Origin: a virus
Virus record (IMG/VR): IMGVR_UViG_3300022188_000006
Coordinates: 64,001 to 128,000 of that record
DNA length: 64,000 bases
Reading direction: 5' to 3' (one strand)
Notes under the pieces: generated by a model
Seen by the model: the letters and a program-made list of their open reading frames with translations, nothing else
What the model was told of the DNA's origin: nothing
Database searches by the model: none
In this document: piece by piece, positions 28,184 to 38,035 of the stretch
Layout of the letters: each line of letters opens with the position of its first letter
Numbering within the stretch: the stretch's first letter is position 1
Program-made: the position numbers and the translations under genes

Positions 28184-30466
28184 CTACACCTGCCTTTCAA
28201 GCCATATAGTCACTCGTGGGTCTCGGACGCTGCTGCCGTGCATATAGATCTGCAGGCTATCGTCTGCAGAGAATGTCACGGAATAGCCTGTCGCCGATTT
28301 CTGCGTCTGATTAGTCAGAGATAGGGTCGCACCGCTGACCAACGTGCCATTCCGATGAACTTCGGCAACCCAGCTCGCAATGTTGCGCGCACTCGCCGAC
28401 ATGGCAACCAGCTTGCAATTGTAAGGGATTACGAACCCATTCGAGCCGGTCGAAACACCATCAGCATAAAGGTATATGTTCGAACTGTAATTTCTCCGGG
28501 CGGCCGTCAAACAGAACAAGCCACCCGCCGACTGCGGTCCCTGGTAACCCTGGCTGCCCTGAAATCCATTGGCACCTGTCTCGCCCTGAGGACCCTGACT
28601 GCCTTGCGGCCCCGGATTCGTACCCTGTGGTCCCTGAACACCCTGAGGACCGTAATCACCAGATATTCCCTGCCAGCCCTGAGGCCCCTGGAACCCTGTC
28701 GGCCCCTGCACACCTTGACTGCCAGCAGCACCCTGTGCACCTTGTGGACCAGCGGCACCGGGGGGTCCAGCAACTCCTTGCGGTCCAGCGGAGCCAACAG
28801 GCCCTTGAAAGCCGGTATCGCCCTGAACCCCTTGTGGTCCCTGTGGACCCTGCGGGCCGGGATTGGTGCCCTGCGGGCCTTGTACGCCCTCGCCCTGCGG
28901 CCCCTGCACACCCTGCGCACCTTGCGAACCGAGATCGCCTTGATTACCCTGTTCGCCCTGCGGCCCCAAACCACCTTGTGGACCCTGAACGCCTTGCGGC
29001 CCCGAATCCCCTTGAGGCCCTTGAACACCGCTTCCCTGCCAACCCTGCGGCCCTTGGTTTCCTTGTGAACCGGAAACACCTTGACTACCCTGAACACCGG
29101 CATCACCCTTCACCCCTTGCGGACCCTGCGCGCCGTCAGCACCAACATCGCCTTGTGGGCCAATAGACCCTTGGACGCCTTGAGCCCCTTGCACCCCTTG
29201 AACACCCTGTGGACCCTGGACTCCTTGTGTGCCAATTCCTTCGGCACCCTGCACGCCCTGAAATCCCTGTGCGCCTTGGTAACCAATAGCTCCCTGGTAG
29301 CCCTGCGGACCTCCAACGCCCTGTGGACCTTCCTGACCCTGGTACCCGATTGGACCCTGGTTGCCGTCTATGCCCTGCGGACCTTGATCACCTTGAAACC
29401 CGGTTGGACCTCTTATGCCTTGGGGTCCCTGACGACCTTGGTAACCTTGCGGGCCTTGAACACCCTGAGGGCCGGTATCTCCGGTTTGCCCCAGACCCTG
29501 CGGACCTTGCACGCCTTGGGAACCGGTTGGTCCAGCATCTCCTTGTGCACCCTTTTGCCCAATTGGCCCCTGTACGCCTTGAGGACCTTGGTTTCCCTGA
29601 ATCCCCGGTGTTCCTGGATCTCCTTTGAAACCTTGCGGGCCTTGCGGCCCAATCTGCCCGTCAAGTCCTTGTGGCCCTTGCATACCCTGCGGGCCTAGAC
29701 CTTGAGGCCCCTGGGAGCCTGTTTCGCCGATATCGCCTTGCGGCCCAAGAGCGCCTTGCGGTCCTTGTGCCCCCTGCGCACCAGAAACACCCTGTGAGCC
29801 TTCCTCGCCCTGAGGTCCAGTCGCCCCTTGCGCACCTTGGTACCCGTAACCTTGTGGCCCCTGGGCACCTTGTGGCCCGAAGTCTCCCTGCGCTCCCGTA
29901 TCTCCCACAGATCCCTGAGGACCAATCGAGCCGGTATTTCCCTGGGGACCTGCAGTGCCCTGCGGGCCTTGTGGACCGGCTTCTCCTTGGTAACCCTGCG
30001 GGCCACGAAGACCAAGTGGCCCCTGCGCGCCAGTGTCCCCCTGGGCACCCTTGCTACCTTGGACACCCTGGTTTCCTATCGGCCCCTGATTCCCCGCAAC
30101 ACCTTGCCAGCCGCGAACTCCCTGTGGCCCCTGAACACCCTGGACACCTTGCGGTCCCTGAATACCCTGAGCACCATCAAGGCCATCAACACCGTCAGCT
30201 CCGGAAGGCCCTTGGACACCCTGCGGACCGGAAATCCCTTGAGGTCCTTGCGCGCCTTTCAAACCTTCAAAACCCTGTGGACCTTGAACACCCTGCGGGC
30301 CTATTTGCCCCGTATCACCTTGCGGCCCCTGAGCACCTTGAAATCCATACCCCTGCGGACCCTGTGGACCTGGGTTGGTGCCTTGAGGCCCTTGAGGTCC
30401 GAGCCCCGTGACCTTCCTCCTAACACCGAATCCGCGTTCTCCGCGGGGAACATGCGAGACCGGCAT
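28184..30466 (-). CDS. Collagen-like fibre protein
   Basis: About 620 aa of Gly-X-Y triplets dominated by GPQ/GxQ, plus a ~110-aa C-terminal globular domain. Confidence 0.92.
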   Translation of the reverse strand: MPVSHVPRGERGFGVRRKVTGLGPQGPQGTNPGPQGPQGYGFQGAQGPQGDTGQIGPQGVQGPQGFEGLKGAQGPQGISGPQGVQGPSGADGVDGLDGAQGIQGPQGVQGVQGPQGVRGWQGVAGNQGPIGNQGVQGSKGAQGDTGAQGPLGLRGPQGYQGEAGPQGPQGTAGPQGNTGSIGPQGSVGDTGAQGDFGPQGAQGPQGYGYQGAQGATGPQGEEGSQGVSGAQGAQGPQGALGPQGDIGETGSQGPQGLGPQGMQGPQGLDGQIGPQGPQGFKGDPGTPGIQGNQGPQGVQGPIGQKGAQGDAGPTGSQGVQGPQGLGQTGDTGPQGVQGPQGYQGRQGPQGIRGPTGFQGDQGPQGIDGNQGPIGYQGQEGPQGVGGPQGYQGAIGYQGAQGFQGVQGAEGIGTQGVQGPQGVQGVQGAQGVQGSIGPQGDVGADGAQGPQGVKGDAGVQGSQGVSGSQGNQGPQGWQGSGVQGPQGDSGPQGVQGPQGGLGPQGEQGNQGDLGSQGAQGVQGPQGEGVQGPQGTNPGPQGPQGPQGVQGDTGFQGPVGSAGPQGVAGPPGAAGPQGAQGAAGSQGVQGPTGFQGPQGWQGISGDYGPQGVQGPQGTNPGPQGSQGPQGETGANGFQGSQGYQGPQSAGGLFCLTAARRNYSSNIYLYADGVSTGSNGFVIPYNCKLVAMSASARNIASWVAEVHRNGTLVSGATLSLTNQTQKSATGYSVTFSADDSLQIYMHGSSVRDPRVTIWLERQV
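28530..30405. repeat. Degenerate 9/18-bp tandem repeat encoding G-X-Y collagen triplets
   Basis: Recurring cc(c/t)tg(c/t/a)gg units on the + strand. Confidence 0.85.
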
Positions 30467-30472
30467 CCGCGA

Positions 30473-30874
30473 CTACCTCACGCTGCAATACAGAGAAGCT
30501 GTCCCTGTAAATGGCGGTGTTCCGGCTCCCCTGCAAGAGACCCTTATTCTGTCCTCGGACTCTCCGAGCTGGACGGGTATTCTGAACGTGCCGCTCTGAG
30601 TGAATCTGAAGATAAACGTCTCCGTAGTACCATCATTGTCGCTAATGGTGTCAGCGAAAAACAGATTGCTGGGCGAAGTGTCATCAAAAACAGGGCTGTA
30701 CTCTACGAGAACCTGGAGTTCGTCCTCGTTTCCTTTTGTATAGTCGATGTAGACGAACGCTTGGATAACAGCAGGTGTCAAAGCTACCCTGGAATTATCC
30801 GAAAAGGTTGTCGTCAGGTTCGTGATGTCGAAGGTCTGGTCGTAATTCTCCCCCCAGTTGCTTTTTCCAGCCAT
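30473..30874 (-). CDS. Hypothetical beta-sandwich protein
   Basis: 133 aa, beta-rich, in the fibre cluster. Confidence 0.6.
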   Translation of the reverse strand: MAGKSNWGENYDQTFDITNLTTTFSDNSRVALTPAVIQAFVYIDYTKGNEDELQVLVEYSPVFDDTSPSNLFFADTISDNDGTTETFIFRFTQSGTFRIPVQLGESEDRIRVSCRGAGTPPFTGTASLYCSVR

Positions 30875-30883
30875 GTTTGCTTC

Positions 30884-32068
30884 CTACAGTCTGCCGAGAC
30901 GATAAAGCGCCTCCGTGACATCCGCATACATCCAGGGTATCGAAAAGTATCCACAAGTATAGTTACCCGAACTATCACGACCGCTGACTAGCAGCTTGAC
31001 ATCAGCCTCGTCACCGGCACCAGAGAACCTATTTTCGAAGTCGACAACGGCCGACGGAGTATAGCACCTTTGCTCGCGCCACGTGCCGCTTACGCGACCA
31101 AACAGCGGCCCTTGAATCGTCAGCTTTGCCCAATCGAGTCCGTCATCCGAAACAGCCACTCCAATGCCCTCGTGTAGTGCGCCGGCTCCTCCGGAATAGA
31201 ACATCATCCACTTTCCGAGAGTAGTCCGGAACACACTACAAGCACCTACGTAGCTGGAATCCCACGGAACAGGATTGCCCCAGACGGTACTGCCATGGTC
31301 CAGTACCTTGTTATACAAAGAAAAGGTAACACCATCAGGGCTATAACCGAGTCCAATGGACTCAAAAGCACCGGTGGTGCCATCAAAGAACAGGACGTAG
31401 CTGTAGTCGTAGGGATTGCTACCGGAATTGCTAGCACCACTGTTGTAGATCACCGCGCAGGGACCATAGGAGCCGCGGTTCCAATCCGGATGTGTTCCTG
31501 TGACAATCGGAACAGCACCGTTTTGCAGCGGCTGATCATTACTCCAGTTAAGCAGGTCAGACGACTCAGCGGTCCTGATAGCCTGCACAGAGTATAACTG
31601 CGACGTGTCCCAGTAATAGATTCGGAAAGAAGAAGCTCCCGTTTGGACGACCTGGGAATGGTGTGCACCGGACGGCAAGCCGACAACAGGGTTACCGCCA
31701 TTCAGGCGTGTCCACGTCGTGAAGTCGTTACTACCGGAAATAATGATGCCTCCACCGGCGTCCACGTCCGAAGAATGTAGACACACGTATTTGTAAGCAG
31801 TCCCGGCGATGTCGAAGCCATCAGCGAAGTACAGAAGAGTCGGATAATATGCCCTGTCAACCGGAGGGTCGAGCACAGGATTCTGATCGTATTCTTCTGG
31901 CAAGGCTAGGACCTTCCCGCCACCAGTAACATCCCAAACGCGCTGAAACCCGCCTTGTATGCTGTCACGGAGACGCTCCATCTCGGCTACCCAGGGCGTC
32001 AAACGGCGCTGACCTCGGTTAAGCTGGATCTCCTGTGATCCTCTGTGGTAGAATTGCTGCTGCGTCAT
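30884..32068 (-). CDS. Five-bladed beta-propeller glycoside hydrolase-like protein (GH43/32/130-type fold)
   Basis: QNPVL, repeated S-x-D-x-x-x-W boxes (SNDFTTW, SSDLLNW, SPDGVTF, SDDGLDW), WDS...WMMFYSG, IG.A.S. Confidence 0.8.
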   Translation of the reverse strand: MTQQQFYHRGSQEIQLNRGQRRLTPWVAEMERLRDSIQGGFQRVWDVTGGGKVLALPEEYDQNPVLDPPVDRAYYPTLLYFADGFDIAGTAYKYVCLHSSDVDAGGGIIISGSNDFTTWTRLNGGNPVVGLPSGAHHSQVVQTGASSFRIYYWDTSQLYSVQAIRTAESSDLLNWSNDQPLQNGAVPIVTGTHPDWNRGSYGPCAVIYNSGASNSGSNPYDYSYVLFFDGTTGAFESIGLGYSPDGVTFSLYNKVLDHGSTVWGNPVPWDSSYVGACSVFRTTLGKWMMFYSGGAGALHEGIGVAVSDDGLDWAKLTIQGPLFGRVSGTWREQRCYTPSAVVDFENRFSGAGDEADVKLLVSGRDSSGNYTCGYFSIPWMYADVTEALYRLGRL

Positions 32069-32391
32069 CCGACCACCCCCTCAAAAATGGCAGCGTAAGC
32101 GGCATCCTCTGCGTCCAGCTTCGTCCGCAACCGATCACGCGGAGAGAAAAGGAACTGCTGCCCCCGGGCCACCTCTGCAAATAGGTATGTGTTATTTACG
32201 GACCTGTGCACCTTTTCCAGCACTTCTCCCGCTGGCGCCTTCAGGTCGATTCCATCCATCCAATCCTCGTCAGCGCGTCCTCGCAGCAATACCGCCTTTC
32301 CGTCCTTGACAGCCCATTCCTGGACGATCACACAATCCCGTGTGCGCGGGTTTTGCTCGTAGACGGTCATGACAACATTACCAGCGGCCAC
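32065..32391 (-). CDS. Kinase-associated small protein
   Basis: Overlaps the end of the kinase gene; similar to the C-terminal domain of the second kinase (43822-44097). Confidence 0.65.
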   Translation of the reverse strand: MAAGNVVMTVYEQNPRTRDCVIVQEWAVKDGKAVLLRGRADEDWMDGIDLKAPAGEVLEKVHRSVNNTYLFAEVARGQQFLFSPRDRLRTKLDAEDAAYAAIFEGVVG

Positions 32392-33208
32392 CTAGTTTCC
32401 TCCATGTCCGCATTTTCTTGAGTTCCGAGTGACGCTTGAGAACCCCGTCTAGCTCACGGTCGCCCATTCGTGCCTCAGTCATTGCTTCCGCAACAGCCTC
32501 TAAGTCGGCCTTCTCCAGTATCTGCCGGACATCCTCGGTTATTTCTTTGCCGACGAGTCTCCGCCCAATCACAGAAAGCATATGCGTCCTGTCATCGCCG
32601 GAGGTAAAGGCGTAACCGTTGTCTATAGCGTAAATCCGCTTCTGCGGATCCACGAGCAGATTGCTTGCATGTCGGTCAATCTGTCCGCAGATAAAGTCGA
32701 ATGCAGCACAACGATGAAACCAGGGATTTTCTGGATGCTGCCGATAATCGTATCGCCCCGACCGGCGTAACTCACTCAACAATGGCAACCTGACCCACGC
32801 CATCATAGAACCGGAACCTTCATTGTCTAGCGTTCTGCCGACAACAGGGGGGACCAGGTCGAACCCATATATCCGGTCCAGCTTATACACCAGAAGCTCT
32901 CGCTCCGAAGGGCTCACCTTCGGATCCATTGCCGACAAGTACCGCCCGGTCTCATATCTAAACTCGTGCTTCTTAAATACAGCCTGTGTACAGTCGATAA
33001 AACCCTTGCGGAACGAAGTTTTCAATCTAACTCTCAAGGGACGATGGATCCCCTTGCCGATGGGCTCAGAGTACAGCTCTTCCGCCTGGGTTAGCACCAG
33101 ACAACATTTGGCGTGGTCCAGATCGTCCAGACCCTTATCAAGATCAGCCGGCGCGAAGCCGGCCGACCTCCGCATACCGGAGAGTAGCCCACCAGTCAGC
33201 GCGTTCAT
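32378..33208 (-). CDS. PI3/4-kinase / HipA-like atypical kinase
   Basis: AVFK, RE..VY.LD...GF.LVPP, catalytic DFICGQIDRHASN, IDNG. Confidence 0.85.
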   Translation of the reverse strand: MNALTGGLLSGMRRSAGFAPADLDKGLDDLDHAKCCLVLTQAEELYSEPIGKGIHRPLRVRLKTSFRKGFIDCTQAVFKKHEFRYETGRYLSAMDPKVSPSERELLVYKLDRIYGFDLVPPVVGRTLDNEGSGSMMAWVRLPLLSELRRSGRYDYRQHPENPWFHRCAAFDFICGQIDRHASNLLVDPQKRIYAIDNGYAFTSGDDRTHMLSVIGRRLVGKEITEDVRQILEKADLEAVAEAMTEARMGDRELDGVLKRHSELKKMRTWRKLGGRW

Positions 33209-33244
33209 GCGGTTTCCAGAGATGCCGCTACACAGCAGCCGGCG

Positions 33245-33700
33245 TCATTCGACTTTGAACGTGTGCGTGTGGCCGTCTGCCTCCTCAACGAGGCCGACCA
33301 CCTTCACGTCATGCGTGTGGCCGTCGACACTGTCGGTCTTACCGTAAATGACACGCATATCTTTATCCACGAGGGCTACCACCCTGTGGCAGTGTCGGAC
33401 CCCGTCTACACCGGCGTCCTGCGTAGTAATCGCCTCGATTTTTCGTTGCCCCGCTTGCTCACGAGCAAACGGCATACTGCCCGTGGTGCATGTGTTGTCC
33501 GGCGTGCCCGGACAGTCCACTTCGTTTTCGGCTGCAGCACCTATCCGCAGTCCTTCCCCGTAGGCATTATACCTCTTGAAGAAGAGAAGCCCAGAGTCGA
33601 CAGCCACCAGCTCCCAACTAGCCCGACCTAGCTTCTCCAGCGTCGCAGTCAGGTCTCCACATTCAGACAAACTGACCGTGTAGTAGTCCCATCCAGGCAT
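33245..33700 (-). CDS. DUF4177-like domain + His-rich DGHxH repeats
   Basis: WDY...L..LG..SWELVAV...FFKR N-terminus; HCH, DGHTH, DGHTH. Confidence 0.65.
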   Translation of the reverse strand: MPGWDYYTVSLSECGDLTATLEKLGRASWELVAVDSGLLFFKRYNAYGEGLRIGAAAENEVDCPGTPDNTCTTGSMPFAREQAGQRKIEAITTQDAGVDGVRHCHRVVALVDKDMRVIYGKTDSVDGHTHDVKVVGLVEEADGHTHTFKVE

Positions 33701-33726
33701 CGCTGCAACCCCCGTTAGATGCTTGA

Positions 33727-33763
33727 GGTCAGGCTGACCGGCCGAAACCGGTCAGCACTGACC
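33727..33763 (-). promoter_or_regulatory. Stable hairpin (terminator or stabiliser)
   Basis: GCTGACCGG/CCGGTCAGC stem extended by GGTCAG/CTGACC, TTTCGG loop. Confidence 0.55.
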
Positions 33764-33769
33764 GAATCC

Positions 33770-34114
33770 TCAGACGCGAGTCGGGCGCGCCCAAGCTCCG
33801 AATTGTCCCGGCGCAACACCGACCTGACCACCGCTCCTGGCCACGGAACTGACCACCTTCGGACCGTAGGCGGTCTCGCCACGTTCCACAGCGATCACCT
33901 TGCGAGCGTCCGCGTTGTTGCCCTGGCGAGCCAGATCGGCCATCTTGTCGGCCTCCGCAGGCGGCACACCGGCAGGGCCAGCATTCGGGATATTCGAATC
34001 CACAGGCGGCTGATCGGCGGGCTTTGTCACCATCTTGCTGATTTCCCCGCGCGCTTTACGCGCCTTCGAAACGGCGCCAGTTCCACCACGAGCAATTGTC
34101 GCCTTACCCATCAT
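33770..34114 (-). CDS. Hypothetical low-complexity protein
   Basis: 114 aa, Ala/Gly/Pro-rich, multiple K|A sites. Confidence 0.6.
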   Translation of the reverse strand: MMGKATIARGGTGAVSKARKARGEISKMVTKPADQPPVDSNIPNAGPAGVPPAEADKMADLARQGNNADARKVIAVERGETAYGPKVVSSVARSGGQVGVAPGQFGAWARPTRV

Positions 34115-34455
34115 TCATCCTCCTTGCTTGACTTGACCCCTTCAAACCTGAAACCAGGACAATTTGGGGTCGGAGAGTCTGGAAATCCTCTACAAATCTG
34201 CGGCCTGTCCTCGTAGATGGTACAAACCGCTTCTCCGTTTTCCCACTTCAGAGCGGAACACCTCGCTTCGAAAATAACTTCTGCTTCCCGCTCGTTGATC
34301 TGTTTGACCGAGACACCTTCGTGCAGGGCCGCCCAGCGTAGAAAATCTTGGGCTGCTGCCATCTCTAAGTCAGTCGTGGCACCCTCCATTCCAAACTTCA
34401 GGACCACCTTCTTGCAACAGTTGCCACACCGCAAGCACTCACCGGTTCTTTCCAT
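34111..34455 (-). CDS. YkgJ-family cysteine cluster protein (CxxCxxCC)
   Basis: CLRCGNCC...C..L......CTIYEDRPQICRGFP. Confidence 0.88.
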   Translation of the reverse strand: MERTGECLRCGNCCKKVVLKFGMEGATTDLEMAAAQDFLRWAALHEGVSVKQINEREAEVIFEARCSALKWENGEAVCTIYEDRPQICRGFPDSPTPNCPGFRFEGVKSSKEDE

Positions 34456-35216
34456 TACACCACCATCGGAGACACATGCTCGGTCTCCCCGCCGGGCGTG
34501 GCCATCTCGGGAAACCGAATGATAATCGAGCTGTCCTTAACAATGTATGGATAAGGGGTCTCCTTGTCCTTCACCGGGTACGGACCCTTCCCATCGAGTT
34601 CAAGCGCGAGGACCCGCTCCTCTTCTGAGAACGGCTCGCTTTTCCGCACCATTACACCGTGCGGATAGCCGTTCTTTGTCACAAGGCACTTGCATGTGTA
34701 GCACTTAGTAACCTTGCCCTGCGGGAAAATGTCGACGACGGCACCATGGACTCCGAGCGGAACCCAGTTTAGCACTTGGACTCTATCGCCCACACGTAGG
34801 GTCCGCGGTCGCACAAAAGCAGGGGGCTCTTCCGGAACCTCACGCTCAACCCAGAGCTTGTTGGTCTTCCTAGAAATGATCTCCCCATCTTTGGCGAGAG
34901 CACGAGCCAAAGCTTTTCTGAATTTCTCAGATTCGAGTAGTTCAACCGGATAGCCAGCCTTTTCAAGGGCCGCCGCCATGATCTGACGCGCCTTCTCTTT
35001 CAGCGCGCCTTCGGTCACGGGCTGGTCTTGCGCCGACCCCTTTTGCTCCGACGCCTGATCGTCCTGCTGGTCTTCGTCCTGTTCCTGCACGTCCTTCAGG
35101 ATCGGGAACAACGGTTTGTTGAGCTTCGCAGAAAACGTCAGACCCTTACGAATCTCGGCGCCGTGCTCAATCTGACTGCTGGAAGTCCATGTTTCTCGGT
35201 CGTGGATCTCATTCAT
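34455..35216 (-). CDS. Hypothetical protein
   Basis: 253 aa, KOW/SH3-like LRVGDRVQV, many K|A/G/S sites. Confidence 0.6.
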   Translation of the reverse strand: MNEIHDRETWTSSSQIEHGAEIRKGLTFSAKLNKPLFPILKDVQEQDEDQQDDQASEQKGSAQDQPVTEGALKEKARQIMAAALEKAGYPVELLESEKFRKALARALAKDGEIISRKTNKLWVEREVPEEPPAFVRPRTLRVGDRVQVLNWVPLGVHGAVVDIFPQGKVTKCYTCKCLVTKNGYPHGVMVRKSEPFSEEERVLALELDGKGPYPVKDKETPYPYIVKDSSIIIRFPEMATPGGETEHVSPMVV

Positions 35217-35225
35217 TTTATACTC

Positions 35226-35933
35226 CTACGCGAGAAGATCGTCGAGGGCTTTCTCGAAATCTTCTAGGCACTTGCCCACGAGGCACTCACCTCTGCCACC
35301 TTGCCCAAGTCCCGAACCATCCATCCGACCGCCACCCGGACCCATACCACGACGACCTTGCAGCAACCTGGGAGGCAGGTTTCCGGATGCCGCTTCGGTT
35401 TCGCTCTCGCTCGTAGTGGTAGTCTCTTCCTCTTCTTGGTTCGTCAGCCCCTGGAAAGGATGCAAGGCGCCACCAGCAGCCATATCTGCAGTGTCCATTT
35501 TCGTCACGCCGACCACCGACAGAACACCTGGCGCAGCCCAAACAATTCGCTCGCTCCCTGGCAACAGCCGCTGGACGTCTACCCGGACAGCCATGTTATC
35601 GGAGGCGTCGATACTGTCGACCTGCAACCCGCGTTCGATGCACCACTCCTTGACCTTGGATGAGTTGGCGAACCGCTTTCTGCTGAACCACAAACTGCCA
35701 AGTTCGAAATCCGGCACCGACTTCTGGTAGCGCGTCTCATTGAGCATACCAGTCCATCGGTCATCGCTCAGCTCGGCCGCCCTTATCGCCTTAAAAGGAT
35801 TGTCGCAGTACAGGCACTTGTGCTTTGCTCCCACAATCCTCGGGCGCCAAGCTAAAATAGAATCGACGCAGCAACCGCGCACATCCTGTACGGCTTCAAT
35901 GCCGATGCGGCCATCCAGATCCAAGCCAGCCAT
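35226..35933 (-). CDS. Hypothetical protein carrying a capsid N-arm-like peptide
   Basis: Start at ATG 35933 (GGGAGG SD); CC...CLYC; contains KMDTADMAAGGALHP. Confidence 0.6.
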   Translation of the reverse strand: MAGLDLDGRIGIEAVQDVRGCCVDSILAWRPRIVGAKHKCLYCDNPFKAIRAAELSDDRWTGMLNETRYQKSVPDFELGSLWFSRKRFANSSKVKEWCIERGLQVDSIDASDNMAVRVDVQRLLPGSERIVWAAPGVLSVVGVTKMDTADMAAGGALHPFQGLTNQEEEETTTTSESETEAASGNLPPRLLQGRRGMGPGGGRMDGSGLGQGGRGECLVGKCLEDFEKALDDLLA

Positions 35934-36064
35934 GGTCTTGCCTCCCATGAAGTTGCTTGCAGGACGCGGCCATTCGCTCTATGCCGGCACCCGAAGCAGA
36001 CTTGTGTATCCCGCGCACATCGCGGTAGCAAAAGAGTCACAGCAGTATATGCTGCTACAATCCT

Positions 36065-36093
36065 AGTTTATCCCCTTTTTGATAGTGAGTCAA
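36065..36093 (-). promoter_or_regulatory. Sigma70-like promoter
   Basis: TTGACT-N17-TAAACT. Confidence 0.68.
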
Positions 36094-36103
36094 GCCTTTC
36101 GCA

Positions 36104-37987
36104 CTACACAACGATGACGTTCTGAACGTACTTCGCCGAATCAAAAGGGTTCACAACGAAATCAGGAACGTCTACAGCAACCTCGTTCAGACCATCTTCA
36201 TCGAACTTCCTAGCCATCGCGCGCCGTTGTTTCTCTGCCTTTTTTGCTTCGAGCAACCGCGTTTGCACCTCAGCAGCGGACGCCTTCTCGATGTCTGGAC
36301 CAAATTCGTCCTCGAAACGGAAATTCATCATGAGACACATGAGCGCGTCTGGTCCGTGATCCTTCTTCTTTAGGATGGCACCGGTAGTCTCGGACCTACG
36401 GTAAGCCTTCAGTTGCTCGATTAGTATTTCCAGTGCCTTGTTTATGCGTATGCGCCTGAACACGAAGTACTTCGAAACATTTTCAATGCCTATCTTCTTC
36501 CATGTCCCGAAATTTATCGGCCGCACATCAAAACCAGCGCTAGAGAGTTCCGCGTTGTTGAATGGGTGAGACGAGTCTGCCAATACGGGGAACTCGCCAA
36601 ACAGTGTCTTCCAATCGCGCAACTTTGTAGCTACATCGGAGACCAGCACGTGGTCTGTAAACTCAGCCTCATGGATATAAACACATTCCCTCGTGCGTAT
36701 CCCCAGGATCATCACCATGCTTCCCTGAGACTGAATACCCCAGTCGATACCAACCGCCGCCCTATCCACCGCACTGTCGATAAGGATAGGATCAGTAAGA
36801 GAAGCCTCAATCAGCTCAGGTGCATAGACGCAAGACGAATACGACGGGCGTTCGCAGGCAAACTCGGTCTCAAAGACGGTCGTCCCGGCATTCATCTCCT
36901 TAGCTTCTGACACCATTTTGAAGGTGGCCCAGCCGTCACTGTGGCGCGCCTTTCCGTAACACCCCTTAAATACCTCTGTCTTCTTACCATCGGGACCATC
37001 CACCAAAACCCTGTCCGTCAAATAGCACCTCTTGCAGTACTCAAGAGCTTCCGGATCATCCTCCGTCGCCTCTTCGAGACCCCTCGTGCATCGTTCCATA
37101 GTATCAAACACGTTCCAGTTGTACCGCTGAAATCCCTTCTCCCTGTAACCATCCCAATACTCTTGGAACAGGCCGTGCGGTATATGGAACGTAGAAAACA
37201 AGCACACAATTGAATCCGGCTCTGACAGCGCGCCCTGCAAAGCAGCCCGCATCGCCTTTTCGACTCTGCGGTCCTCCTGGCAAACCTCGTCCACAAAAAT
37301 TGTCCCAAAGTGCTTGCCGCGTCCTTGTTTCTCCGTCGCCGGCACACACTTCAAGAGAACACCTGTCACCAACCGGGTGACATCAGAAAGCGGATCGCCG
37401 AGCAGGAGACCGTCACGCAACCCGGGCACAGCATCCCAGAACATCTTCACGTAGTCATAAACAACTTTCGACTGTTCCCCCGAACCTGCCACATCCAGTA
37501 TTTCCCGCTTCCAGTAGATGAGGAGCAACCAGATCAGCACAGCAGCCGAAAGAGATCCACCGCCACCACGCGGCTTCCAAGTGATCGTCTTTCGAACTCG
37601 ACCAAAAAACACGTCGCCGACCCATTTGATGATCGGCGGAATGAGCTTCACATAGGTCTTTTTGCCGTCCTTAATTACGTATAAGGTTTCCCCGACAAAT
37701 GATGCAAGCCTTTCGTGTTGCCGCTTTATGTATGCTTCTTCACTTTCTTCGTATCCCAAGGGCTCGCGAACCCAGCCGTCTGTCACGTGCCAGCCTTTTT
37801 CGGCAGCCGTAACGGCGCTCATCTCTGGATCATAGACACCCTGCTTGAAGCCACGGGGAAACAGCAGATCAGGCAAACCGTAAGCACCCGGATATCCCCT
37901 TGCGAGACGATCCCTGATCTCTCGCTCAAGCAGCAGAAGCTGTCGTAGCTTCTCCTCTTTGCTTTGGCTCGCCTTACGTTTTTTCAC
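36104..37987 (-). CDS. terL: Terminase large subunit
   Basis: PRGGGGS (Walker A position), RGKH...IFVDEV (Walker B), ST coupling motif, F.TEF, nuclease GIDWG, ADSS, DHGPDAL. Confidence 0.9.
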   Translation of the reverse strand: MKKRKASQSKEEKLRQLLLLEREIRDRLARGYPGAYGLPDLLFPRGFKQGVYDPEMSAVTAAEKGWHVTDGWVREPLGYEESEEAYIKRQHERLASFVGETLYVIKDGKKTYVKLIPPIIKWVGDVFFGRVRKTITWKPRGGGGSLSAAVLIWLLLIYWKREILDVAGSGEQSKVVYDYVKMFWDAVPGLRDGLLLGDPLSDVTRLVTGVLLKCVPATEKQGRGKHFGTIFVDEVCQEDRRVEKAMRAALQGALSEPDSIVCLFSTFHIPHGLFQEYWDGYREKGFQRYNWNVFDTMERCTRGLEEATEDDPEALEYCKRCYLTDRVLVDGPDGKKTEVFKGCYGKARHSDGWATFKMVSEAKEMNAGTTVFETEFACERPSYSSCVYAPELIEASLTDPILIDSAVDRAAVGIDWGIQSQGSMVMILGIRTRECVYIHEAEFTDHVLVSDVATKLRDWKTLFGEFPVLADSSHPFNNAELSSAGFDVRPINFGTWKKIGIENVSKYFVFRRIRINKALEILIEQLKAYRRSETTGAILKKKDHGPDALMCLMMNFRFEDEFGPDIEKASAAEVQTRLLEAKKAEKQRRAMARKFDEDGLNEVAVDVPDFVVNPFDSAKYVQNVIVV

Positions 37988-38035
37988 TGTAACACCGTGG
38001 GGCCGCCGTTGCCGACGGCCCCGATCGTCTTCTTT

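Noticed and set aside
28530-30405. Possible CRISPR array or iteron array
   Set aside because: The repeats are degenerate coding triplets with no constant repeat-spacer structure. No CRISPR array was seen anywhere in the window.
28355-30991. Several long alternative-frame ORFs over the collagen gene
   Set aside because: By-products of the stop-poor G-X-Y repeat.
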